Positions 19,186 through 29,532 are shown, counted from the first letter of the stretch. The stretch: DNA of 53,790 nucleotides from an uncultured Gammaproteobacteria bacterium (GCA_964540055.1 CAZILC010000009.1:1-53790), one strand, 5' to 3'. A program made the numbers and translations. Notes: generated from the letters alone by a model not told the origin.

Positions 19186-19608
19186 ATACCCAATCTGTCA
19201 ATAGGTTATTTTCGATAGCAATACGTGTATCAAAATCCCCAACTTTGTATATGCAAACATATACCAAACAAATGCCATTACGAAAAGTATATATAGTAAG
19301 TAAAAATTATTATACAATTTGATGGTGCGGAAACCATCAAAAAAAACGAAAAAACGAAGCTAAATTGAGAAAAAGTTTCTTCCCTATATTCTTATATATA
19401 AATATATAAGAGAGAAGAAAAAATAATAGAATAAAAAAATAATTACATAACATATAATATTTAATTTAATAAGTTTTGTATCATAATCATACTTTTGGAA
19501 ATGGTAAATAACTCAAATCAAAGCAAGCTGCAAACATGTCCCAAACAAGGAATATGCCAGATATCTCCTACTCGTGCCCGCTGTTTGGGATAATGCATAA
19601 AACATCAA

Positions 19609-20280
19609 TCACATAGGTAAAGCTCTCGGCGGTAAGTAGTCAAGTGCAATTGGAAACCCTTCGTTTGCTTGTGGAAATTCAGTAAAAGGATAATCAAATA
19701 ACGTTCCTTCTCTCAGAGATAAAGCAACACTACGAACCGTATCACCAAACAAATCAACCTCTACCAATGGAATTTTATGCTGTGAAATTACATCCCATAT
19801 TTGTTCAGCGACGAATGCACTTTCAGTGTGAGACCCTGTAACTTTGTCTTTTCGACCCCCTACCATTCTTGCCTCAAATGCATCTAGTGGATGTCCCATG
19901 TCCAAAAGAGATGTTATTGCATCTTTTGTACCTTGTCTCGCATCAGTTATTATGGCAGAATGTGAAAATTGTCCAAATTTTATATCTGGAGCATAAAGAG
20001 TCAAAGCGACACATTTCCCCAATGGTTCAGTCTTTATATAGTGAAGCCCATTAGCATCGTAATAACCAGCACCTCGGCGTAAAAAAGGTACATTCGCAAC
20101 ACCACTTTCAGCAGAAATATCAATTACTGGACGTGGTTGTCTTCTCACCACACCAAATTCTTTATCAAAGACAAGTCTTGATTGCGGTAAAGCGCCAACT
20201 CCTAAACTCAAATCAATCCCTCCGCCTACTTTCGCATAAGCATCCTTATACCCGGTAACATGCCTTTCAAACTTACTCAT
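19609..20280 (-). CDS. CheD-like (Cys-His) deamidase-fold protein
   Basis: TEPLGKCVALTLYAP..FSH..ARMVGG..IPLVEVDLFG..RSVAL matches the CheD pattern LGSCV-x-L-YDP..H..AK-x-GG..DVGG..R-x-V. Confidence 0.6.
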   Translation of the reverse strand: MSKFERHVTGYKDAYAKVGGGIDLSLGVGALPQSRLVFDKEFGVVRRQPRPVIDISAESGVANVPFLRRGAGYYDANGLHYIKTEPLGKCVALTLYAPDIKFGQFSHSAIITDARQGTKDAITSLLDMGHPLDAFEARMVGGRKDKVTGSHTESAFVAEQIWDVISQHKIPLVEVDLFGDTVRSVALSLREGTLFDYPFTEFPQANEGFPIALDYLPPRALPM

Positions 20281-20289
20281 TGCAGGCGT

Positions 20290-20318
20290 ATTGTAACAAT
20301 ATGACCATGCAAAGTCAA
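20290..20318 (-). promoter_or_regulatory. sigma70 promoter
   Basis: TTGACT, 17 nt, (TGt)TACAAT, 9 nt, ATG (20280). Confidence 0.65.
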
Positions 20319-20349
20319 CCTATAGTAATTATCGTGAACACAGCAGTTA

Positions 20350-20910
20350 CTAATTTCCTCTAGCTTCTTGAAATTCTTGAAACGTATCTACTTGTTCACT
20401 AATTTGTTGGCCTGAGCGCAGTACATACAGCGGATTTACTAATTGACCTGAAGCATCTTTCTGAAAATACCTGGCAATGAACCATGGATGTGCTTTTTCA
20501 CCAAATCTTCTTGCCATCACTTCCATTTTCATGGCATCGTGTTGATCATAAGGAAGTTGTAATACAGGCGCTTTTTTAAGTTCATCACTCGTCGAAAGCC
20601 CCAACTTTTCAGCTACCCATTGTAAAACTTCTTGTTGAACCTGGGAATTTTCGTCAAAGAGGACAAAATCAGATGCATCCGCTTCTCCATCACTTTCTCT
20701 GCCTGTACTTTTTTCTCTCCCAACGAGTGAGTAATCTGCATCATAGTGTCCAGCTAATGTAGCTTCCCCCATCTCTATAAGGGTACGAGCTTTTTCCGCT
20801 AGTACTTTTTTTTCAAGTATTGCATCTTTTTCCTTATGTTCCCGAGATTTTTGTCCATTACTAACATTTTCTTGTTTTGTTGATTCACCAATATCTCCAC
20901 CTTCATTCAT
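20350..20910 (-). CDS. Hypothetical acidic protein
   Basis: 186-aa ORF; C-terminus similar to remnant at 15652-15732. Confidence 0.65.
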   Translation of the reverse strand: MNEGGDIGESTKQENVSNGQKSREHKEKDAILEKKVLAEKARTLIEMGEATLAGHYDADYSLVGREKSTGRESDGEADASDFVLFDENSQVQQEVLQWVAEKLGLSTSDELKKAPVLQLPYDQHDAMKMEVMARRFGEKAHPWFIARYFQKDASGQLVNPLYVLRSGQQISEQVDTFQEFQEARGN

Positions 20911-20943
20911 ACTTCATTAGTAAAAACTCCATGCATATCCTAT

Positions 20944-21750
20944 TTATTTTTCTGCAGTTATGACAATCGCTTGTATGGTCGTATGTATTTCTCCATGGCC
21001 GAAATGCTTTATCATTGCTTTTTCTACTGCATCGGTTGCATCATTCAAACTCATGCCCCTTGCAACAATTTCATTTCTGACAGGTACTCCTTGCGTATAC
21101 GAATAAGCTGGGATATGCGCTGATGTAGCATGAGTTTGTTTTGTGACCGTTTCACTGTGTATTTTTTTAAAACCCGCCTTACCTAATTGTTTTTTTATTT
21201 CGTTTTTATCGGAATAGCCATACGGTACTCGACTCAGAAACGAAGGAGGATCATTGGGAAAAAGAGTGTTAAGTGTTTGCTGCGTAATTGCCGCATACGT
21301 ATTCGCTTCAACACGATCCCATACAGTAAAAATGAACACACCCTGAGGCGTTAACACTCTTTGTACCTCTTGATAAAATTTCACCTTGTCGGGTAAAAAC
21401 ATCGCCCCAAACTGGCAAACAACTGCATCAAATGACTCTTGTTCAAATGGCAACTGCATGCCATCTGCTTGTCTCCACTCAATGGGACGACTTGTTCCTT
21501 TTTTAATCCCTTCATCAAGCATCGCCTGATTGAGATCTGTTGCTACAATTGAGACATTTTCGGATAATTCTGAGGCTAATAATCGAGTCACCACACCTGT
21601 CCCTGCGGCAATTTCCAATACTCGTGTGGGTGAATATTTACGTAGGCGATTTATGAGATCGTGAGCATATTGTTCAAAAATAAGTGGGACAAGATATTTC
21701 TCATAAATCTGGGGAATTACATCGACAAATTCTTTATCACCTTTGTGCAT
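20944..21750 (-). CDS. Class I SAM-dependent methyltransferase (UbiE/type 11-like)
   Basis: IYEKYLVPLIF, VLEIAAGTG, TDLNQAML, ADGMQLPF..SFDAVVCQFG. Confidence 0.88.
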   Translation of the reverse strand: MHKGDKEFVDVIPQIYEKYLVPLIFEQYAHDLINRLRKYSPTRVLEIAAGTGVVTRLLASELSENVSIVATDLNQAMLDEGIKKGTSRPIEWRQADGMQLPFEQESFDAVVCQFGAMFLPDKVKFYQEVQRVLTPQGVFIFTVWDRVEANTYAAITQQTLNTLFPNDPPSFLSRVPYGYSDKNEIKKQLGKAGFKKIHSETVTKQTHATSAHIPAYSYTQGVPVRNEIVARGMSLNDATDAVEKAMIKHFGHGEIHTTIQAIVITAEK

Positions 21751-21795
21751 ACTATACGTATTCTATTACTCCTGATGGTAAAAAACAACTAAATT

Positions 21796-23253
21796 TCATG
21801 TAATCGGAAGTCGGAAGTAAAAAGTAGTACCTCTGTTTTCTTTACTTTTTACCCAAATTTTCCCATGATGTTGCATAATAATTTCTTTAGAAATGTATAA
21901 CCCCATACCGAATCCTGGAATATTATGCACATGTGATCCTTCTGCTCGGAAAAATCTATCAAAAATTTTATCAATATTACTACTTTTTATTCCAATACCG
22001 AAATCTTTTATTTTTATGGAAACATCTTTTTGTGTTGCTTTTAAAATAATTTCTATCTTTTTAGCGTTAGGCGAATATTTAATTGCATTCGTTAAAAGAT
22101 TAATAATGACTTGTTCAATCCGTCCTTTATCTGCCGAAATTTTAGAATCAACATTATACTGGAAATTAATTTTATGTTGCGTTGAAATAAATAATATATT
22201 TTCTACGCAACTTTTGATTAAATCAACAAGTGAGAATTCTTCCATTTTTAATTGCAAATTATTCGACTGTACTTTTGATACATCAAGTAATTCATTTACC
22301 AGATAATCAAGTTTTTCTATTTGCTCATTCATTTTGGGAAGATAGTGTCCCAGATTGGCATTGTTTTTACTTAAAATTTGAGCATATAATTTCAAACTCG
22401 TAAGAGGCGTTTTTAACTCATGACTGGCGATACCGATAAATTCATCTTTTTTTCTATCTTGATCCATCATCGATGTAATATCGATTATTCTTGCAATAAA
22501 TATGTCTTTACTTATTGGAGTAATAACACTCAAAAAATCAAATAATTTGCCATCAATGAAGTATTGCGATTTTATCGTCTGAGAAATATTTTTTTGCATT
22601 GCAAGCCTGATTTGCGGTAATGATTCTTTTGCTCTAGAAGTACCGATGATTTGTGCTATTGTTTTTTGCTTCATAATTGATAAATCAACAATTGCCATTT
22701 TTTCATATGCTGTATTTGCTTCAATAACAATTCTATCGACTATTTCTCTTTTTTTATTTCGAATTACTTTATAAATTGCGATACCGTCTTGCATTGACTC
22801 AAAAAGCGTTCTATATTTTTTTTCACTTTCTATAAGTGCATCCTGAGCCTTCTTTTTTTCTGTAATATCAGTTATTGTGCCCAAAATTGCTTTTTCTCCA
22901 CCATAGTTAATCAATTTAGTAGCAAGAATTGTATTTAATTTTCTTCCTTCTTTTGTGATTAACGCATATTCATATGGTTTAACTTCTTTACCTTTTGCAT
23001 GAAGCCTAAAATTTTTAATTACTAAATCTCGGTATTCAGGAGCTGTGATGGTTAAATGAGTAAAGGTCGGTGAATAAAATTCTTTCAGGCTATATCCGGT
23101 AACCTCTTCGCAACGTTTATTAGCATACGCAACTTTTCCACCTACATTGATAAAAATCATATTGGGTGATTGTTCTGCAATCGTTCTGAATTTCACTTCT
23201 GATTCGATTACTTCATCGCTAATTTGTGTATATAAAACATTTTTTTGATTCAT
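21796..23253 (-). CDS. Cytoplasmic PAS-PAS sensor histidine kinase
   Basis: ASHELKTPLTS, NLLTNAIKYS, DFGIGI, FDRFFR, GFGMGL. Confidence 0.92.
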   Translation of the reverse strand: MNQKNVLYTQISDEVIESEVKFRTIAEQSPNMIFINVGGKVAYANKRCEEVTGYSLKEFYSPTFTHLTITAPEYRDLVIKNFRLHAKGKEVKPYEYALITKEGRKLNTILATKLINYGGEKAILGTITDITEKKKAQDALIESEKKYRTLFESMQDGIAIYKVIRNKKREIVDRIVIEANTAYEKMAIVDLSIMKQKTIAQIIGTSRAKESLPQIRLAMQKNISQTIKSQYFIDGKLFDFLSVITPISKDIFIARIIDITSMMDQDRKKDEFIGIASHELKTPLTSLKLYAQILSKNNANLGHYLPKMNEQIEKLDYLVNELLDVSKVQSNNLQLKMEEFSLVDLIKSCVENILFISTQHKINFQYNVDSKISADKGRIEQVIINLLTNAIKYSPNAKKIEIILKATQKDVSIKIKDFGIGIKSSNIDKIFDRFFRAEGSHVHNIPGFGMGLYISKEIIMQHHGKIWVKSKENRGTTFYFRLPIT

Positions 23254-23278
23254 AACAGTTATTCTTTCGGAGTAAATC

Positions 23279-24364
23279 TCACCTGAATTCCTCTTGATGG
23301 AGTTTTTTCCAATCTTTCCAGATAGTCGTAAAAATTGCTTGGAGTAAACCTATTGCAGGAGCACCAAAAAGAACGCCGTAGAATCCAAACAAATCTGATG
23401 CAACCAATATTGCAAGAAGGGACACTAACGGATGAATACCCAGTGCCCTGCCAACAATCCTCGGGCCAACGATATCAGCTTCAATGATATGTAACCCGAT
23501 AAAATACAGTAATACCAAGAGAGCTATGAGCCATCCTTGCGTTAAGGCAAGAAGCACACAGGCAGTTCCCGAAATGAATGTTCCCAATATGGGGACAAAT
23601 TCCATAATAAATGCAACCAATCCCAAAAGAATGGCATACGGGACATGGAAAATCGCCATACCTACTCCCACTAATACGCCGATTATCATTGATAACAGTA
23701 ATTGTCCACGGATATAGGCACCGACCACCCGGTGCAAGGTTTGAAGAAAAAACTGCACTTTACCTCTGTGAGAAAGCGGGATATTCGATGCATCATTGAG
23801 CCAATTTGCAATTCTCTCCCCATCCGTTAATAAATAAATACTAATAACAATAACAATTGTTGTACTCAACACAGAATCTAAAATATGACCTATGAGTGGC
23901 AGGATATTGGTTGCAAACTGTTCAAGATATTTCGTAAGTTCCCGCCCTGCAGCAAGTACTGATTCTTGAGAAAGGCCAAAAGAATTAAGAAAAAGAAAAA
24001 TTGGTGGAACTTGTTGTGGACTGGTATAAAAAAAGATTTTATGAATTGTTGGGATAAGCGCGGTGATTTGTGAAATAGCAATTTGTAATGAAAAATAGAT
24101 AAATGTGCCAAAAGCACAAATGAGAACTACATAGATAATAAGAATTGCCCAAATACGGTTCATATACCTTTGGAGAAATTTCATAACCGGAAAAAGCATA
24201 TAGGCAAGAACGCAGCCAAAAATGAGAATAATCAATGAGTGCCAAATTTTTTGAATAATAAAAAACAAAACGGCAATAACACCAATCCAAGCAAGAATCG
24301 TTAACGGTAGATCACGTCGTTGTGTAGTTTTAACAGGCAGTTGGTAAGAACTTTGTGTTGCCAT
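23279..24364 (-). CDS. AI-2E family transporter
   Basis: LAYMLFP, YLLTDG, YIRGQL, EFVPILG, GPRIVGRALGIHP, GVLFGAP. Confidence 0.9.
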   Translation of the reverse strand: MATQSSYQLPVKTTQRRDLPLTILAWIGVIAVLFFIIQKIWHSLIILIFGCVLAYMLFPVMKFLQRYMNRIWAILIIYVVLICAFGTFIYFSLQIAISQITALIPTIHKIFFYTSPQQVPPIFLFLNSFGLSQESVLAAGRELTKYLEQFATNILPLIGHILDSVLSTTIVIVISIYLLTDGERIANWLNDASNIPLSHRGKVQFFLQTLHRVVGAYIRGQLLLSMIIGVLVGVGMAIFHVPYAILLGLVAFIMEFVPILGTFISGTACVLLALTQGWLIALLVLLYFIGLHIIEADIVGPRIVGRALGIHPLVSLLAILVASDLFGFYGVLFGAPAIGLLQAIFTTIWKDWKKLHQEEFR

Positions 24365-24411
24365 TGCAATCGTAGTTTATACAATGATTATATCATTCAT
24401 AATGCATTTGG

Positions 24412-25008
24412 TCATAAAAGGTGATTTTTCTTTAAATCAGCGTGCAATTTCTCAGGACTTTTAAATAAAAAAGTATGTATTCCCATCTCCTTTGCAGATG
24501 GTAAGAATTCAGCCTTGTCATCAATAAATACTGCTTCCTCAGGCTCAACGTGAGCTTTTTTAAGGACAAATGTATAGATTTGAGGATTTGGTTTTCTCAC
24601 TCCTACTTCGTGGGAGAATACACCATCTTCAAACCAGTCAATAAAATGATATCGAGTGTTTATTTTTTCAACACGATCTTTTACATTATCTGATAAAAAA
24701 TATACCTTATATCTTTGTGAAAGTTCCTGTATAAGTCTTCTTGTCCCTGCAATTACTTCGTAGCCTTCTATCCATTTTTCCTCCAATGTATCTATATCTT
24801 CATCAATTTGAAGCTCATGCAACGATCGTTTCCAAAATTCATCACGGGTAATTTTTGCTTCTCTATACAGGGTTGCTGTAGGCCCATCAATAATCTCTTT
24901 TACAAATGCTTTATCAAGAGAATAGGTAGTTGCGATAAAATCAATAAATTTTTTTGTGCCATTTGTAAATACTACTCCGCCTAAATCAAATAGTATCGCT
25001 TTGATCAT
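24412..25008 (-). CDS. HAD-family phosphatase
   Basis: FDLGGV, LSDN, RKPNPQIY, FIDD. Confidence 0.9.
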   Translation of the reverse strand: MIKAILFDLGGVVFTNGTKKFIDFIATTYSLDKAFVKEIIDGPTATLYREAKITRDEFWKRSLHELQIDEDIDTLEEKWIEGYEVIAGTRRLIQELSQRYKVYFLSDNVKDRVEKINTRYHFIDWFEDGVFSHEVGVRKPNPQIYTFVLKKAHVEPEEAVFIDDKAEFLPSAKEMGIHTFLFKSPEKLHADLKKNHLL

Positions 25009-26291
25009 TGTTGGGTTTTTTCTCTTTCTAACAAGTAGATAGTATAGTGGTCATTTAGTGGCCATTTTTTGAGTATTTTTGACGGCTTAAAAAATGCTAC
25101 TTCATAGGACATGGTATCGTAGACATTGGAATTACTCTTTTTAACAACAAATAAATAGGTATTGTGATAATAATCGTCATAATTAATGGTAACGTTATCC
25201 CTCTTTAAGAGGTATTTTATGACATATGCCTCAGTGTTGTAATAGGCTAAATTGGCAACATTATAATCCTTAAGATGTTGCGACTGAATAATTTGATACG
25301 CTTTAAATTCATCAGGATAGGACCAAAATGGCGCTGGTGACCAATATGACTGCTGTGGTTTGTGAAAATTATTTATTGCAGTCCAAGAAAACAGTACAAC
25401 AGCTAGTACTCCACTCAGTACGATGAAATTTTTGCCCTTAGAAAGCTTGTTTTTGATTACGCCCAGTAACACGACCAGTAACATAAATGAAATACTTAAA
25501 TAATAATGCGGTGTATAGATATTCCCCGCAGAATTAAGTTCCGTTCTGTGTTGGTAAAATAATAGAAACGTGCGAATATGATAAAAATCGTGTTTTAACT
25601 CAAATAAAATAAGCGGAGAAAAGCCGATTGCGAGTCCTACGAAAAAATGAATTAGAAGAAGTGGCGAAATTCTTTTGATCACAAAATAATAAAACGCAAT
25701 TCCTCCAATTACAAAAATGAACTGGTAATGAAATTGAAAAAGAATCCCAAGAAATATTGCAATCAAAATAAAAAGTTTTTGCGATTTATATGCATGTTTT
25801 TTATAAAGTCCCATCAACAAAAGTAATATCGGCAAAAGGGAAAGCTGATAATTTGGATTCCAGTGAAAACGGGTATATGCCACATAATACGGCAGAAGCG
25901 AATAGATAATAACCATAAGTATTGCACTTTTTTTATCGAGTAATAACTTCACTCCGTAATACAAGGGAATAACCATAACCGCACAAAAAAGCATAAAAAG
26001 ATAGGACGAGCTGATTGGCTCAAAATTTGTCAAAAGAAGAAACGGAAAATACATGTAATAATATGCAGGACCTTGGTAGATGAAATGGCCTTGATAATTT
26101 GGGGAACTGGCACGATTTCCAATCAGTGGGATTTTATGCATTCTATAGTCCTGCAAAATATCTGTTGCCTGAATTCCCTGATCATCGGAGAAATTCAAAT
26201 GCTGTGTAAAATAAACTGATCTGACAAAAATAAAGACTACAACACAAAGGAGTAACAAAAAGTGTTCTTTTTTAAATAATTTTTTCATCAA
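25005..26291 (-). CDS. GT-C (ArnT/PMT-like) glycosyltransferase-type membrane protein
   Basis: FSDDQG, PLIG, GPAYYY, WNPN, QFHY, SPLILFELKH. Confidence 0.65.
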   Translation of the reverse strand: MMKKLFKKEHFLLLLCVVVFIFVRSVYFTQHLNFSDDQGIQATDILQDYRMHKIPLIGNRASSPNYQGHFIYQGPAYYYMYFPFLLLTNFEPISSSYLFMLFCAVMVIPLYYGVKLLLDKKSAILMVIIYSLLPYYVAYTRFHWNPNYQLSLLPILLLLMGLYKKHAYKSQKLFILIAIFLGILFQFHYQFIFVIGGIAFYYFVIKRISPLLLIHFFVGLAIGFSPLILFELKHDFYHIRTFLLFYQHRTELNSAGNIYTPHYYLSISFMLLVVLLGVIKNKLSKGKNFIVLSGVLAVVLFSWTAINNFHKPQQSYWSPAPFWSYPDEFKAYQIIQSQHLKDYNVANLAYYNTEAYVIKYLLKRDNVTINYDDYYHNTYLFVVKKSNSNVYDTMSYEVAFFKPSKILKKWPLNDHYTIYLLEREKTQQ

Positions 26292-26330
26292 AGCTTATTA
26301 ATGATATCTGAGTAGCTCAACATTTTCAAC

Positions 26331-28709
26331 TCACGCTTTATATTTTTTTGCGACAAACCCTAAAAGGAGTAAGGAAACAAAGCTAATCAATGCGCCAAGA
26401 TAAAAAGATGTAGGTCTATAGCTAAAATGAACTATATGTTTCCCTTCAGGAACCTGAACTGCTCGAAACGAATAGTCTGCAAGCATAATAGGAGTAGATT
26501 TTCCATCAATTGTTGCCTGCCATCCCGGATAAAAATTATCTGATAGAAAAAGTAGTCCCGCTCTTTTAGTAGTAGTTTTAATTTCAATATCATTTGCTGC
26601 ATATTTGGAAATCGTAACTGGTGTTATTGCAGAGGGATGGGGAGAAAATGTTGGTGCAGTGCCAACAATTAATTTTTGCCGATACGGAAATGCCGGATCA
26701 AACAGTGTTTGTATTTCCTTATCCTTTTGACTAATTACCGTATAGTCATAACTGACAAAAGCTCGAGGAAGTGCCTTTGTATTCTCAAATATTTTCCATT
26801 TGTACGATTGGTAGACCAAATGAAATCTGCTTGGAGGGAATTTGCTTGGCCGTGGATCCCAATTCCTGGGTGCACTATCGTCTTTGTCCATCAGATACTT
26901 AACACCTAACAGATTTAACAACACTTGCTTTCTATACGTATCCGCAACAGGAAGCGATAAGGGCAAAAGCGCATCAGAACGGGGAAGATCTGTCTCAAGT
27001 TTTCCTGTTTTTCCTGCATACACTAGTTCTGAATAATTTTTTATATATAAAGGATCATACCCTTCAGGCGTTTGCAATCTAAACTGCACCATGAGATTTG
27101 TCTCAACATCTGCTGTGTCATACCCATAGACTCTATCACTTCCTGCTATCTCTTGCAGTTTAGTCATAAGAGGATGTGGAGGGAACATATATTGCGCTGG
27201 CGCTAACGGTAAATATTTATTCAAAAAATATGAATATTCAAAACCCATACAAACAAAAAGAATTATCCAAACAACAAAAAAATGTTTGGTATATTTCTTA
27301 AGTAAAATAGTAAGCCCCGCTAAAAATGCAATAGCTGTTGGCAAAATGATATTGTGTTTTGTTACCGTGAGATGTACAGGATCAATACGTAACGTCAAAA
27401 CCAGTATCCACATCACAAGATATATGGCTAGAAAAAAAAGTACTGGTGGCATAATTTTCCGAAGCTTCATTGATTGAATTGCTTCTACACCGTATGCAGA
27501 AGTAATTACAAAACCTAGCGCCGCAAGAAACGTCGTTCGGGAAGGTAGTTCCGTATTCAGAAGAGGAATTGGTGATCTAAATAATAATTCTGCAACCGGT
27601 GGAACAAATGCTACAAGATATGCAATGACTGCAAGTACTGCAGACAACCGAACAAGTTTATGTTTAAACTGTGTGTAAAACCCGATAAATGCTACAAGCA
27701 GTACAACAATTCCGGAATAACTCATAAATTCACCATAATCCTTCCCCCAAAAATTATTTGTCGCAGGATTACCAAAAAAATCCGGGGCAAATAGCATCGC
27801 AATATGAGATGGTGGTGAAATATATTTATGAAATACTCTTGTTGCAGTTATCTTGTCTTGTACTGAGTGTGAAAGTAATTCGTACGTAGGGATAACTTGT
27901 ATAGCTGCGAGTGAAAAACCTAAAGAGAGAATAAAAAGACTTACAATTAATTGGGCCTTTGTGAGTTTATTCCAACCAATATAGATAAGATACGATAGAG
28001 AAAATAATAGAGCATATGCGGTTGCTTGCGGATATCCTGACAACAGAGAACAGGTAATTCCTGTTGCAGCCAATACCAGAAAATATCCTTTTTTCGTATT
28101 AATAAATTTTGTAATTCCCCATAAAATAAATGGAAACCACAAAGCAGCATGACCGATAATTCCCATTTCAAACCAGACATCTAAAAAACCTAAAAAGGCA
28201 AATCCAATTCCAGCAAATATACCTGCCAATCGTGAAAGTCCGATACTTCGAATGAACATATACATAAAGCTTGTTGCAAGAATTGGTTGGATCATAATGT
28301 AGATAATCCAAGCTGCTTGAGGTTTCAGAAATAAAAATAAAATATTGAGAGGATAAAAAACTGCAGATTGCAAATTAGCTATCAGCGGATTGCCGGCAAA
28401 AGAATAGATATTCCATAAAGGAATAATTCCTTGTTTTATATATTCCATAGCTAACAGTCTCCATGGATACATCATGCGCACCACATCAGCAAGGATAAAT
28501 TCCTTATGCGTTGTCCAGGGAGAAAATCCCGCCCATCCGCCACTGTTATACGGGAAAAACCATGATACTAATAAATCACCGGGGAAAGGTACAAGATGAG
28601 ACATGAACACTTTTCTAAAAATAAAAATATAGATTACTAAAAAAATAAGTACAGGCCAAAAGCGGCGAAGCATGCGTGAAATTTTATGTAAAAAAGGAGA
28701 ATGTTTCAT
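26331..28709 (-). CDS. YfhO-family membrane protein (GT-C)
   Basis: PLWNIYSFAGNPLIANLQSAVFYP, GYDP, LLNLLGVKY, ENTKALPRAF, LSDNFYPGWQATIDG, FRAV..G.H.V.F.YRP. Confidence 0.85.
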   Translation of the reverse strand: MKHSPFLHKISRMLRRFWPVLIFLVIYIFIFRKVFMSHLVPFPGDLLVSWFFPYNSGGWAGFSPWTTHKEFILADVVRMMYPWRLLAMEYIKQGIIPLWNIYSFAGNPLIANLQSAVFYPLNILFLFLKPQAAWIIYIMIQPILATSFMYMFIRSIGLSRLAGIFAGIGFAFLGFLDVWFEMGIIGHAALWFPFILWGITKFINTKKGYFLVLAATGITCSLLSGYPQATAYALLFSLSYLIYIGWNKLTKAQLIVSLFILSLGFSLAAIQVIPTYELLSHSVQDKITATRVFHKYISPPSHIAMLFAPDFFGNPATNNFWGKDYGEFMSYSGIVVLLVAFIGFYTQFKHKLVRLSAVLAVIAYLVAFVPPVAELLFRSPIPLLNTELPSRTTFLAALGFVITSAYGVEAIQSMKLRKIMPPVLFFLAIYLVMWILVLTLRIDPVHLTVTKHNIILPTAIAFLAGLTILLKKYTKHFFVVWIILFVCMGFEYSYFLNKYLPLAPAQYMFPPHPLMTKLQEIAGSDRVYGYDTADVETNLMVQFRLQTPEGYDPLYIKNYSELVYAGKTGKLETDLPRSDALLPLSLPVADTYRKQVLLNLLGVKYLMDKDDSAPRNWDPRPSKFPPSRFHLVYQSYKWKIFENTKALPRAFVSYDYTVISQKDKEIQTLFDPAFPYRQKLIVGTAPTFSPHPSAITPVTISKYAANDIEIKTTTKRAGLLFLSDNFYPGWQATIDGKSTPIMLADYSFRAVQVPEGKHIVHFSYRPTSFYLGALISFVSLLLLGFVAKKYKA

Positions 28710-28805
28710 TGAACAAGAAACGTTACTGTTTTATATTCTATACTTCAGCTTCAGTATAACACAAATATTCGGATATATTTAAAACTTTACTGGTACCAAC
28801 CAAAA

Positions 28806-29438
28806 TTAATAGTCTTCTTGTAATTTTTGCAAATCTACAATAACCAATTGGCGATAGGTAAATGAAATAATTTTCTTTTTTTCAAGTATCTTTAATTCTC
28901 TTGTGACATTTTCTCTTGAAACATTTATGGATTCAGCAATTAATTTGTGCGTTATGGGTAACTCTATACGGATAGTCTCTCCATCAGGTATACCAAACCT
29001 ATTCACAAAAAAAAGCAATCTATTTTTTAATTTTTGCCTAACGGTATCTTCTTCAAGATTTTCTACGCGGTCCACATAGGTCCTTAGATACACCAGAAGA
29101 ATATCAATAACATCCAAAGCAGCCTTGTGTGATGTATTAATATACTTAATAAACACTTCTTTTTCAACCAATTGCATTGAACCATCAGAAATGGCTTGAA
29201 TATACATATCATGACGAACAGTATTACTATTTATAGTCCATGCCAAAGGAAAGACATCACCCTTTTTAAGAATTGTTTGAATTCTTCTTTTATGCGTTGT
29301 TGATTGACTATACGAAACAATAAACCCTTCAGTTACTTGATATATTCCCAGAGGTTCTTTTTTGGGAGTTATAAAAAATTCTTTTTTTTTAAAGTGGACC
29401 GTCTTGCCGTCTTTAAATAAATCTGTAAGTGTGGACAT
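28806..29438 (-). CDS. Crp/Fnr-family transcriptional regulator
   Basis: cNMP-like N domain, PITHKLIAESINVSRENVTRELK HTH. Confidence 0.88.
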   Translation of the reverse strand: MSTLTDLFKDGKTVHFKKKEFFITPKKEPLGIYQVTEGFIVSYSQSTTHKRRIQTILKKGDVFPLAWTINSNTVRHDMYIQAISDGSMQLVEKEVFIKYINTSHKAALDVIDILLVYLRTYVDRVENLEEDTVRQKLKNRLLFFVNRFGIPDGETIRIELPITHKLIAESINVSRENVTRELKILEKKKIISFTYRQLVIVDLQKLQEDY

Positions 29439-29498
29439 GGCTAGTATTATACATTATTTACCCCTCTAAACCTATAGAAATTTCCCTCGTTGACAAGC

Positions 29499-29516
29499 AT
29501 GTGATAAATATCACAT
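29499..29516. promoter_or_regulatory. CRP-type box
   Basis: ATGTGATAAATATCACAT = TGTGA-N6-TCACA, just downstream of TTGACA (29490-95). Confidence 0.75.
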
Positions 29517-29532
29517 ACTTAATTCTAGAGTT

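Noticed and set aside
19318-19346. Hairpin as a rho-independent terminator
   Set aside because: No U-tract follows the stem on either strand
12010-21750. Prophage, ICE or classical integron at tRNA-Glu
   Set aside because: No integrase, phage genes, attC-like sites or att duplication seen
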